Below, piece after piece: positions 1-7,812 of a stretch of DNA of 64,000 bases; the stretch's first letter is position 1; every line of letters starts with the position of its first letter. The translations under genes were made by a program, and so were the position numbers. Below the pieces are notes generated by a model, which ran no database searches, was not told the DNA's origin, and was given only the letters and a program-made list of their open reading frames with translations. Source of the DNA: Candidatus Bipolaricaulota bacterium (GTDB taxonomy: Bacteria > Bipolaricaulota > Bipolaricaulia > RBG-16-55-9 > DRXL01); assembly GCA_025061735.1 (NCBI GenBank), contig JANXAU010000080.1:3857-67856 (forward strand), in the 5' to 3' direction.

Positions 1-147
1 CAACAGCTCTAACCATTGCGCTCGCCCCATCCAGCGCCCCTTGACCTCGCCCAACGCCCACGCCGTGCACCTCTCCTCACAACACTCCCAGTGGTCCCAC
101 AGGTCTCGCGGACCGAGAATCTCCAGACAGCCATCGGCTCCCCCCAT
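1..147 (-). CDS. hypothetical protein, partial (runs off window start)
   Basis: Minus-strand ATG at 147 opens a frame that stays open to position 1 (MGGADGCLEILGPRDLWDHWECCEERC...). It is divergent from rarA. No recognisable motif. Confidence 0.2.
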   Translation of the reverse strand, partial: MGGADGCLEILGPRDLWDHWECCEERCTAWALGEVKGRWMGRAQWLELL

Positions 148-378
148 AGACACCGTCCCAGAACAGATCAAAAAGACGCCCTCTCTGGAAACAATCTATT
201 CCTCAGGCACATAGACGCGATACGCCGGCAACTTCTCCGGCGCTATCCCCTCGAACAGACAGCCCTTCGGACGGAGAGGGAGCTGTGATGGATAGTCTGA
301 CGCTCTGCCTATCCAACGCTCCAAAAGAGAGCTTGACAGCTTGCTCTTGGGCTGCAAAAGACATAGAATACATCTACG

Positions 379-1683
379 ATGAGCCAGCTCTTCAGTAGAT
401 CGGAAAAGAAGCAGCGCCCGCCCTTGGCCGAGCGGATGCGCCCGCAGAGCCTAGACGAGTTCGTGGGCCAAGAAGAGCTTGTCGGCCCGGAGAAGCCCCT
501 GCGCAAGATGATCGAGGGGAACGAGATTCGCTCTCTCGTGCTGTGGGGGCCACCGGGGACGGGGAAGACGACGCTGGGCTGGATCATCGCTCGATCTTGC
601 GGCGCAGAGTTCTTGGCGTTCAGCGCGACGCGCTCGTCTATCAAAGAGATCCAGAGCGCGATGGAACGCTCCAGAAGAAAATTTCAGAGCTACGGCACGC
701 GCGATCTTATTTTTGTAGACGAGCTGCATCGCTTCAACAAAGCGCAACAGTCTGCGTTCTTGCCCTACGTCGAAGAAGGCTCGATTCTCTTGGTAGGAGC
801 GACGACGGAAAACCCGTCATTTGAGATCATTGCGCCGTTGCTCTCGCGCTCCCAAGTCTTCGTGTTGCAGCCCTTAAGCCCAGAGCACATCAAAAAGATT
901 CTCAGGCGCGCTTTGACAGATCGCGAGCGCGGACTCGGCACGCGAAACTTAACACTCGCCCCCGACGCCGAAGAGTTTATAGCCCAATACGGCGACGGCG
1001 ACGCCCGACGCGCGCTCAATCTCTTAGAGCTGGCCGCCGAGACGACCACAGAGATTATTGATCTTGAAACGGTGCAAGAGGTAGCCCAGCGCAAGCTCCC
1101 CCTCTATGATAAGTCCGGCGAAGAGCACTATAACTTAATCAGCGCGCTGCACAAGAGCGTGAGAAATTCCGATCCCGACGCGGCGCTCTATTGGCTCGCC
1201 CGAATGCTCGCCGGCGGCGAAGACCCGCTCTACATCGCCCGGAGACTCATCCGCATGGCCGTCGAAGACATTGGGCTGGCGGACCCACAGGCGCTTTCGC
1301 TAGCCGTCGCAGCGAAGGACGCCTATGATTTTCTCGGCTCCCCCGAGGGCGAGTTAGCGCTGGCTGAAACCGTGATCTATTTGGCAACAGCGCCAAAGAG
1401 CAACTCTGTGTATAGAGCCTTTGGGGAGGCCCAACACGACGTCGAGACGACGCGCCACGAGCCGGTCCCGTTGCATCTGCGAAACCCGGTGACGCAGCTG
1501 ATGAAAGAGATCGGCTACGGAAAAGGCTATCAGTACGCGCACGGCCTTCCCGAGGGCGTCGCGCCGATGGAGTGCCTCCCAGAGAGCCTGCGGGGCAAGA
1601 CGTATTATCACCCCAAAGACGCCGGCTACGAGCAAGAGATCAAAAAGCGCTTAGCGAGATGGAGGGAGTTGAGAAAAAGATGA
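379..1683 (+). CDS. rarA: replication-associated recombination protein A (AAA+ ATPase, MgsA/RarA)
   Basis: Walker A GPPGTGKTT, then a region matching the RarA helicase-lid and tetramerisation domain over the full 434 aa. A TTGCTC-17-TAGAAT promoter lies about 10 nt upstream of the ATG. Confidence 0.9.
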   Translation: MSQLFSRSEKKQRPPLAERMRPQSLDEFVGQEELVGPEKPLRKMIEGNEIRSLVLWGPPGTGKTTLGWIIARSCGAEFLAFSATRSSIKEIQSAMERSRRKFQSYGTRDLIFVDELHRFNKAQQSAFLPYVEEGSILLVGATTENPSFEIIAPLLSRSQVFVLQPLSPEHIKKILRRALTDRERGLGTRNLTLAPDAEEFIAQYGDGDARRALNLLELAAETTTEIIDLETVQEVAQRKLPLYDKSGEEHYNLISALHKSVRNSDPDAALYWLARMLAGGEDPLYIARRLIRMAVEDIGLADPQALSLAVAAKDAYDFLGSPEGELALAETVIYLATAPKSNSVYRAFGEAQHDVETTRHEPVPLHLRNPVTQLMKEIGYGKGYQYAHGLPEGVAPMECLPESLRGKTYYHPKDAGYEQEIKKRLARWRELRKR

Positions 1684-2732
1684 AGATCACCCGTGCTATA
1701 GCTCTGATCGCTCTACTGCTCTTGACGCTTACTCTCTCGGCACACGCGACCGTCATCGGCGCGTACAGGGCGACGGTCGCCCCCAACACGCCCTACGAGA
1801 TCGCGTTTGTCCCCACTGCCCCTGGACGCATCCGCGTCCACGCCGAGATCCGCCCCCTCGAACTCGTCGCGTCGCTCCAGCTCTATCGCCCTGATGAGAC
1901 CCAGCCCGTCGCCACAGCGCTGGGCCACAGCGCGCTCGATCTGGTGGCCGAAGCCGACGAGACGACCCTCAGGCGCCCGTGGCGCGTCGTCGTCGCGCAC
2001 ACCAATAGCGTCGCGCTCACGGTCGAGCTAGATATTAATTTTCCCAAGGCGCTCTGCACCGAGATCGCCGCTGAGTTTGGCATCTCCATCTTCTACGAAG
2101 AAGAGGCCGGCGAGATCGAAGATCATCATTGCGATCAGATGCTGCGCGCGCTGCGCTCGCTGGGGCGCGATCTGATGGACGGCCTGAGACGGATCAAGTT
2201 CTTGCCGCCCTCGGAACAACTCGAGGGACGCTTTCTCTCCGCCGAGCGCACCGTCGAGATGTACCGGATGACGCCGGGCCGGGTCTTCACAATTGTTTTT
2301 TATCACGAGCTGGCGCACTTTGTGCATATTATCAAGCTTGGGGCCTCGCTCAAGCGCGACTGGACCATGCTTCATCGTCAGTCCGGGTCGGACATGTCCA
2401 ACTACGCCCGCAACCCCGTCGGCCCTCCCAATTATGCCATGACCAACGAGTACGAAGATTTCGCCGTCACGTTCTCGGTCTATATCGTCAATACGAAAGA
2501 TCTCTTTGATTTGGCCATCGCGCGCAAAGAGAGTGTCGGGAAGCCGTTGCTCTTGGAGAAGGCCAAAGTGATGGCCCAGGTCTTCTTGCACTATCGGAAT
2601 GGGGAGAGGCGGACGTATATCTATCGGATGGGATTAGGGTTTCCGGTGGTGCCGGTGCAGCGAGCGTCGGTGCCGTTGCGAGACGACGGGCTGCCCGACT
2701 TCAGCGAGCCGATCCTGTGGGAGGCGTTTTAA
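1680..2732 (+). CDS. secreted HExxH-motif protein, putative zinc metallopeptidase
   Basis: ATG at 1680 overlaps the rarA stop (ATGA). N-terminal signal peptide MKITRAIALIALLLLTLTLSAHA. HELAH motif within FYHELAHFVHI. Confidence 0.55.
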   Translation: MKITRAIALIALLLLTLTLSAHATVIGAYRATVAPNTPYEIAFVPTAPGRIRVHAEIRPLELVASLQLYRPDETQPVATALGHSALDLVAEADETTLRRPWRVVVAHTNSVALTVELDINFPKALCTEIAAEFGISIFYEEEAGEIEDHHCDQMLRALRSLGRDLMDGLRRIKFLPPSEQLEGRFLSAERTVEMYRMTPGRVFTIVFYHELAHFVHIIKLGASLKRDWTMLHRQSGSDMSNYARNPVGPPNYAMTNEYEDFAVTFSVYIVNTKDLFDLAIARKESVGKPLLLEKAKVMAQVFLHYRNGERRTYIYRMGLGFPVVPVQRASVPLRDDGLPDFSEPILWEAF

Positions 2733-2735
2733 GAA

Positions 2736-2806
2736 GGCCCTCACCCCGGCCTGCGGCCCCCCCTCTCCCGTAGGTCACTACGGGAGAGGGGATGGGGGTG
2801 AGGGCC
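2736..2806. repeat. nested GC-rich palindromic element (REP-like), copy a
   Basis: GGCCCTCACCCC..CCTCTCCCGTA-ggtcac-TACGGGAGAGG..GGGGGTGAGGGCC: two nested perfect hairpins between convergent genes. Confidence 0.7.
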
Positions 2807-2813
2807 TCGAACC

Positions 2814-3269
2814 TCACTCGACCTTGATCTCGATGGGCTTCTCCTTCTGCTTGAGCGACTCCCGCAGCGGCACGGTCACGCGGAGAATCCCGTCCTCGAA
2901 GCTGGCCTTGATCTTCTTGGGATCGTCGGCCTGTTCGGGGAGCGGGAAGACCCGCTGGAACTTGCCATAGTGACGGCCGATGCGGAAGTAGTTCTCGCGC
3001 TGGATGCGCTCGTCGCGCTTGACCTCGCCGCTGATGACGAGCCGGCCGTCCTCGACCCGGATCTCGATGTCCCCCTTCTTCACCCCGGGCAGCTCCGTCT
3101 CGTAGACGAGCTTCCCGTCCTTCTCGTAGATGTCGGTCCGCCCGAAGGCTTCCAAGGTGGGCCAATCGAAGAGGCTCTGGTCGAAATCGCCAAAGAACTC
3201 ATCCATCAAGCGGCTCAAGCGCGAGGAGAGCGCAAACGGCTCCCTCCAGAGCTCCGGCAGTCTGGTCAT
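2814..3269 (-). CDS. Hsp20/alpha-crystallin family small heat-shock protein
   Basis: Alpha-crystallin domain (DIYEKDGKLVYETELPGVKKGDIEI...ILRVTVP). ATG at 3269 sits 6 nt after the SD AGGAGGTG. The listed ORF begins 3 codons earlier at a GTG that abuts the SD. Confidence 0.9.
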   Translation of the reverse strand: MTRLPELWREPFALSSRLSRLMDEFFGDFDQSLFDWPTLEAFGRTDIYEKDGKLVYETELPGVKKGDIEIRVEDGRLVISGEVKRDERIQRENYFRIGRHYGKFQRVFPLPEQADDPKKIKASFEDGILRVTVPLRESLKQKEKPIEIKVE

Positions 3270-3312
3270 GCTATCCACCTCCTTTGCAGTTCTATTCAGT
3301 GTTATCTCTAAT

Positions 3313-3339
3313 TTAGCAGACTCGTGTATAGTCTGCTAA
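3313..3339. promoter_or_regulatory. CIRCE-like inverted repeat (TTAGCAGAC-N9-GTCTGCTAA), putative HrcA-type operator of hsp20
   Basis: Perfect 9-bp arms with a 9-nt spacer. It differs from canonical CIRCE TTAGCACTC-N9-GAGTGCTAA only in the inner 3 bp. It sits at +1 to +30 of the hsp20 transcript. A third half-site TAGCAGAC at 3348-3355 overlaps the -10. Confidence 0.5.
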
Positions 3340-3343
3340 CCGC

Positions 3344-3372
3344 ATTATAGCAGACAAGGGCCAGTTTGTCAA
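3344..3372 (-). promoter_or_regulatory. sigma-70-type promoter of hsp20 (TTGACA-17-TATAAT)
   Basis: On the minus strand: TTGACA (plus 3367-3372), a 17-nt spacer, TATAAT (plus 3344-3349). Confidence 0.5.
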
Positions 3373-3430
3373 GTTTTCAGATAGGAATAGAAAAATAGAG
3401 CGATTTGGGGGGAGCCAAAATCGGGGATGC

Positions 3431-3459
3431 TTGCCCCCCCTCCCCGCGCCCGCTATACT
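3431..3459 (+). promoter_or_regulatory. promoter of purN-purH fusion gene (TTGCCC-17-TATACT); leaderless transcript predicted
   Basis: The -10 ends at 3459 and the ATG is at 3469, so the predicted TSS is 0-4 nt from the start codon. There is no SD. Confidence 0.45.
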
Positions 3460-3468
3460 GAAAGCAGC

Positions 3469-5562
3469 ATGAAGCGCGTGATCATCTTCGGCTCTGGGTC
3501 GGGTTCCAACTTCGAGGCGATCGTCCAAGCCATCCGACGCGAGCGCCTGCCCATCGAAGTCCTCTTCGTCTTCTCCGAAAACCCCGAAGCGTTTATTCTG
3601 GAGCGCGCTAGACGCCTGGGCATCCCCAGCCGGGTTATAGACTATAAAGCCCTCAAAAATCGAGCGCGCTACAACGCCCACGTGCTGCAGATGCTCCAAG
3701 AGGCCGAGCCGTGGGATCTCTTGGTGCTCGCGGGCTATATGAAGATCCTCCCCAAAGAGATCGTCCAGCGCTATCGCAACAAGATTATCAATATTCACCC
3801 GTCGCTCTTGCCCGCCTTCCCCGGAACTCACAGCATTCAAGAGGCTTTTCAAGCCGGCGTGAAAGTGACGGGCGTGACGGTCCACTTCGTAGATGAAGGC
3901 GTGGACACCGGGCCGATTATCGCTCAAGAGGCCGTCCCGATCTCCGAGGCCGATACGCTCGAATCGCTCGAAGCCAAGATCCATCACGTCGAGCATCGTC
4001 TCTACATCTCGGTCATCAAGAGATTGCTGTTTGGGGAGCAGCGCCGACCTCGCGCGCTCCTCTCCGTGAGCGACAAGAGAGATGTGATCGATCTTGCTCG
4101 CGGCTTGACAGAATTGGGATGGGAGATCCTCTCGACGGGGGGAACGGCAAAACTCTTGCAGGAGCGCGAGGTCCCCGTCACGCCCATCGAGTCGGTGACG
4201 GGATTTCCCGAAATCTTGAGCGGGCGCGTCAAGACCCTCCACCCCAAAATCTTCGGAGGGATTCTCGCACTGCGCGATGACGCTGCCCACCAGAGCGAGC
4301 TGATCGCCCAAGCGATCTCCCCCATAGACTTGGTCTGCGTCAATTTCTACCCATTCCTAGAAGTTGCGCAGAAGCCCGATCTTCCCGAAGCGCGGCTCAT
4401 CGAAGAGATAGATATAGGGGGACCGTCGCTTGTCCGTGCAGCCGCAAAGAATTTTCAGCATGTGATCGTGCTGACCGATCCGTCGGACTATCCAGGCGTC
4501 TTGGACGAGCTGCGTCGGGGCGGCGTCTCCGAAACGACAAGGCGGCGCTTGGCGCTGAAGGCGTTGGCCAAAGTAGCCGAACTCGACGTTGCGATCTACC
4601 AGACGCTGCAACGGCGATGGAGCTTCCCCCCCAACTCTCTCTTCCTCGCCTACACCCAAGCCCACGAGCTGCGCTATGGCGAGAACCCCCATCAGAGGGC
4701 CGCGCTCTACCAGAACGCGCTTGCGCCGGGGCTTTCTTCACACATAGAAGTCCTGTGGGGCAAAGAGCTGTCGTACAACAATTGGCTCGATACCGAATCG
4801 GCCTTAGCGCTGTTGAGCGAACTGGCGCCCCCCGCGTGCGTGATCATCAAGCACAACACCCCCTGCGGGGTCGCGCGCGGAAAAGATCTTTTAGAAGCGT
4901 ATGAGCGCGCTCTCGAATGCGATCCCGTCTCGGCGTTTGGGGGGATCGTCGCGCTCAACGACGTCGTAGAGAGAAAGCTTGCCGAGAAGCTCAACGAGAT
5001 CTTCTTAGAGATCATCATCGCGCCGGCGTTCGCGCCCGACGCTCTGCCCGTCTTACAGCAGAAGAAGGACCGTCGTCTGCTGCGCTATCGGGAGCTGCGC
5101 TTCCCCACAGAGTCACTGCGCTTTCTCTCCGGTGATCTGCTCGTCCAAGATGCAGACCGCATCGTCCTCCAAGAGAGCGGTTGGAGGGTGCTGGACGACA
5201 TTGAGCTTTCGGAGTCCGAGAGGCGCGATCTGATCTTTGCGTTTACTGTGTGCAAGCACGTCAAATCGAACGCGATTGTTGTTGCCAAAGGCGAAGCGAC
5301 GTTGGGGATTGGGGCGGGGCAGACGAACCGAGTCGGCTCGGCCAAGATCGCGCTGGCGCAGGCGGGCGAGAAGGCCCGCGGCGCGGTGCTCGCATCTGAC
5401 GGATTCTTCCCGTTCCCGGACACGGTAGAACTCGCCGCGCAGTACGGCATCTCGGCGATCATCCAGCCGGGCGGTTCGGTGCGCGACGACGAGGTCTTCG
5501 CGAGCGCTAGACACCACAAGATCAAGATGGTGCTGACGGGGGTGCGGCATTTTCGGCATTAA
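3469..5562 (+). CDS. purNH: trifunctional PurN-PurH fusion: GAR transformylase + AICAR transformylase/IMP cyclohydrolase
   Basis: A single 698-aa frame. Residues 1-195 are PurN (formyl-transferase fold, NIHPSLLPAFPG). Residues 200 onward are PurH, starting with the MGS-like domain RALLSVSDKRDVIDLARGL...TGGTAK and continuing into the AICARFT domain. No stop or Met at the junction LFGEQRRPRALLSVSDK. Confidence 0.85.
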   Translation: MKRVIIFGSGSGSNFEAIVQAIRRERLPIEVLFVFSENPEAFILERARRLGIPSRVIDYKALKNRARYNAHVLQMLQEAEPWDLLVLAGYMKILPKEIVQRYRNKIINIHPSLLPAFPGTHSIQEAFQAGVKVTGVTVHFVDEGVDTGPIIAQEAVPISEADTLESLEAKIHHVEHRLYISVIKRLLFGEQRRPRALLSVSDKRDVIDLARGLTELGWEILSTGGTAKLLQEREVPVTPIESVTGFPEILSGRVKTLHPKIFGGILALRDDAAHQSELIAQAISPIDLVCVNFYPFLEVAQKPDLPEARLIEEIDIGGPSLVRAAAKNFQHVIVLTDPSDYPGVLDELRRGGVSETTRRRLALKALAKVAELDVAIYQTLQRRWSFPPNSLFLAYTQAHELRYGENPHQRAALYQNALAPGLSSHIEVLWGKELSYNNWLDTESALALLSELAPPACVIIKHNTPCGVARGKDLLEAYERALECDPVSAFGGIVALNDVVERKLAEKLNEIFLEIIIAPAFAPDALPVLQQKKDRRLLRYRELRFPTESLRFLSGDLLVQDADRIVLQESGWRVLDDIELSESERRDLIFAFTVCKHVKSNAIVVAKGEATLGIGAGQTNRVGSAKIALAQAGEKARGAVLASDGFFPFPDTVELAAQYGISAIIQPGGSVRDDEVFASARHHKIKMVLTGVRHFRH

Positions 5563-5563
5563 G

Positions 5564-5673
5564 ACCTAACCCCCTGCCCCGCCCCCTTCCCGGTGCAGGA
5601 AGGGAACCCTCACCCTGCACCCTCTCCCTGGAAGGGAGAGGGATGGGGTGAGGGTCGGGGAGGGGCGAGGTTA
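5564..5673. repeat. nested GC-rich palindromic element (REP-like), copy b (composite)
   Basis: TAACCCC..CCCTTCCC-ggtgcagga-AGGGAA..CCCTCACCC-tgca-CCCTCTCCC-tggaa-GGGAGAGGG-atg-GGGTGAGGG..GGGG..GGTTA. It sits directly after the purNH stop and supplies the spurious 28-aa N-extension of the listed HAD ORF. Confidence 0.65.
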
Positions 5674-5676
5674 CTT

Positions 5677-6483
5677 ATGAAAGCGATCTTCTTCGATCTG
5701 GACGAGACGCTTCTGGACACTTCCGGCTGCCGGCCTCCGGCGGTCGAGGCGAGTTTTCGCGTCGCGGCGCAGAAGTATCCTCAGCTTGATTTAGAATCGT
5801 GGCGAGAAGCTTCGGAAATCGTCAAGAAAGAGATGCACGACTTATGGCTGAACTCTCCTGACTCTGGGACAGAGCTGTTGCGCGAGGGGTCGTATCGCAT
5901 CTTGAAGAGGCTGGGCATAGACGACAGAGACTTCGCGTTGCAGGTCAGTCAAGCGTACTATCAGACGTGGGTGAGCTACTTAAAGCTCTTTCCTGAAGTG
6001 AGAGAGGTGCTTGCGGCGTTGCGGGGGCGAGTTCGTCTGGGTATGATCAGCAACGGGCCGAGCGACGTGCAGCGCTATAAACTAAAGCTTTTTGAGTTAG
6101 AGCGCGAGTTTGACCCGATCGTGATCTCTGGCGAAGTTGGGGTGGCCAAGCCCGATCCGGGGATCTTTCGCTATGCGTTGGAGCGTGCGCGAGTCTCGCC
6201 GAGCGAGGCGCTCTACGTGGGGGACTCGCCGATGTATGATATCGCGGGGGCGAAAGGCGCGGGAATGAAGATGATCTGGGTGAATCGCAACGGATTGCCC
6301 ACGGAGAATCTAGAGATCAAGCCGGATAGGGTGGTGCGGGATTTGCGTCAATTGTTAGCTATTTTACGAGCTCGAAGTGTCGTAAACCAAACTTGGGGGA
6401 CACTTAGAGTTCCTCCAGAGATTGTTCAAGAAGTCTTGAAAGAGGAACCTGAACTATTCGACGAGGACGAACAGCATTCGTAA
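5677..6483 (+). CDS. HAD-superfamily hydrolase (subfamily IA)
   Basis: Motif I FFDLDETLLDT, motif II ISNG, motif III/IV K...GDSPMYDIAGAKGAG. ATG 5677 follows GGGGAGGGGCGAGG. The last 45 codons (from about 6350) are AT-rich island-type sequence. Confidence 0.7.
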   Translation: MKAIFFDLDETLLDTSGCRPPAVEASFRVAAQKYPQLDLESWREASEIVKKEMHDLWLNSPDSGTELLREGSYRILKRLGIDDRDFALQVSQAYYQTWVSYLKLFPEVREVLAALRGRVRLGMISNGPSDVQRYKLKLFELEREFDPIVISGEVGVAKPDPGIFRYALERARVSPSEALYVGDSPMYDIAGAKGAGMKMIWVNRNGLPTENLEIKPDRVVRDLRQLLAILRARSVVNQTWGTLRVPPEIVQEVLKEEPELFDEDEQHS

Positions 6484-6494
6484 GGGAGGATCTT

Positions 6495-7709
6495 ATGAGT
6501 AGACAGGCTACGAGCTTACTTGAAACTGAATTATACGTACATCATGATTTTAGTCCTGATACCTTTTTGAAGAATGATGCTTTACGTTACAACCTTAAAA
6601 AGCAGGGGTTGTTTGCGGAAAAACTACTTCTTTACGATACTTTAATTATTCCCACTCACGATTGCGGAATCATACCTGTACTCATTTCTTGGCTTGGCCC
6701 ATTTTTGTTCGAAGAGCTGCTAGACGAAGGCGTTATACAGTTTTGTCGTTTGCAGTCATTTGTGGCATATGCGCCAGGTGGTGGCTTATTCATGTGTCGA
6801 ATTGAGCCGACAACACAAAAAGAGAAGAGCAGATCGGTATTTTGGGGCCCTACTGATCAAGCTGTTGAGCTTCAAATTAGACATGCTACTCCATTTATCA
6901 AAAAACATCACCGGACTAAAATTATAGAAAAAGTTCTCAAACACACTGTAGAAGAGCCTTTAGGAAATTTCCCTAAAGTTATTATGAAGGAAACTTATAA
7001 TGATGTGCTGAACGATCCCGGGCTTAAAGCTTTTTTCACTCATGATCAAGAGAAGGTTGATCTTGCTCGTCTACCTGGCGTTAAGACTAAGACACTCAGA
7101 ATACTAGGCGGAAAACCCCCTACCGATAAGGTTGAATTCCTGCTTAGATTGGGAGAGATTAATCTAGAACTGGCATTAGCCTCGAATCTCCAGTGTCTCA
7201 GTGTAACTACAGATCCCTTAGCTCAGCGTCTTATCGCTTCAAAGATAAGTCGTAATTTCCATAATATTCCCCAAAATCAATTGCAAGAACTGCGGAAACA
7301 TTTCTGTAGAATTTTGAAATTGAATAAGCTTCCTGATATTCCATCAGCTGTTGTTAATGAACAAATTGACCTCGAAACTATTATTAAACTTCGGCGTAGT
7401 AGAAAGGGGAAGCGGTTCCGTCATTGGCTTTGCAACTTAAGTATTCAAAACCCTAGCGAAATTGAAGCTGCGTACATAGAGTTATTTACCGAGAAGCATT
7501 GGTCACAAAGTTGGTCTTTTAGAACAATTCGTTTTATTATAACAGCCAGCTTGGATGCTCTATTAGCAAGCAAAGGAATACCTTTACCTGTTGCTTCGGC
7601 ACTCGATTCTTTTATTCTAGACCGATTCTTGAGAGGTTACTCTCCTCAACTTTTTCTGGACGAATTGCGCAATTTATTGGAAGAAGCTAAGGGAAAGTCC
7701 TCCTCATAA
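6495..7709 (+). CDS. orphan hypothetical protein encoded on an AT-rich, horizontally acquired island
   Basis: 404-aa ORF with a strong SD AGGGAGG 6 nt before the ATG. GC is about 30-45% in 60-nt windows versus about 62% in flanks. AT-rich codon usage (tta, aaa, att). I recognise no known domain, Walker motif or catalytic motif. Confidence 0.6.
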   Translation: MSRQATSLLETELYVHHDFSPDTFLKNDALRYNLKKQGLFAEKLLLYDTLIIPTHDCGIIPVLISWLGPFLFEELLDEGVIQFCRLQSFVAYAPGGGLFMCRIEPTTQKEKSRSVFWGPTDQAVELQIRHATPFIKKHHRTKIIEKVLKHTVEEPLGNFPKVIMKETYNDVLNDPGLKAFFTHDQEKVDLARLPGVKTKTLRILGGKPPTDKVEFLLRLGEINLELALASNLQCLSVTTDPLAQRLIASKISRNFHNIPQNQLQELRKHFCRILKLNKLPDIPSAVVNEQIDLETIIKLRRSRKGKRFRHWLCNLSIQNPSEIEAAYIELFTEKHWSQSWSFRTIRFIITASLDALLASKGIPLPVASALDSFILDRFLRGYSPQLFLDELRNLLEEAKGKSSS

Positions 7710-7812
7710 GCTCTGGCAGACGCTAAAACGCATAGAGCCTGAACAGCCAAAAGACATCTAATCACTTTTCAAACCCTGCTCGCTCGTGCTATACTCTCAA
7801 TCGGTGATCGCT

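Noticed and set aside
16-644. ORFs 16-288(+) and 309-644(-) at the window start
   Set aside because: They are low-complexity Pro/Arg-rich translations typical of GC-rich noncoding or antisense DNA. 309-644 overlaps the well-supported rarA gene on the opposite strand. Neither has an SD or a recognisable motif.
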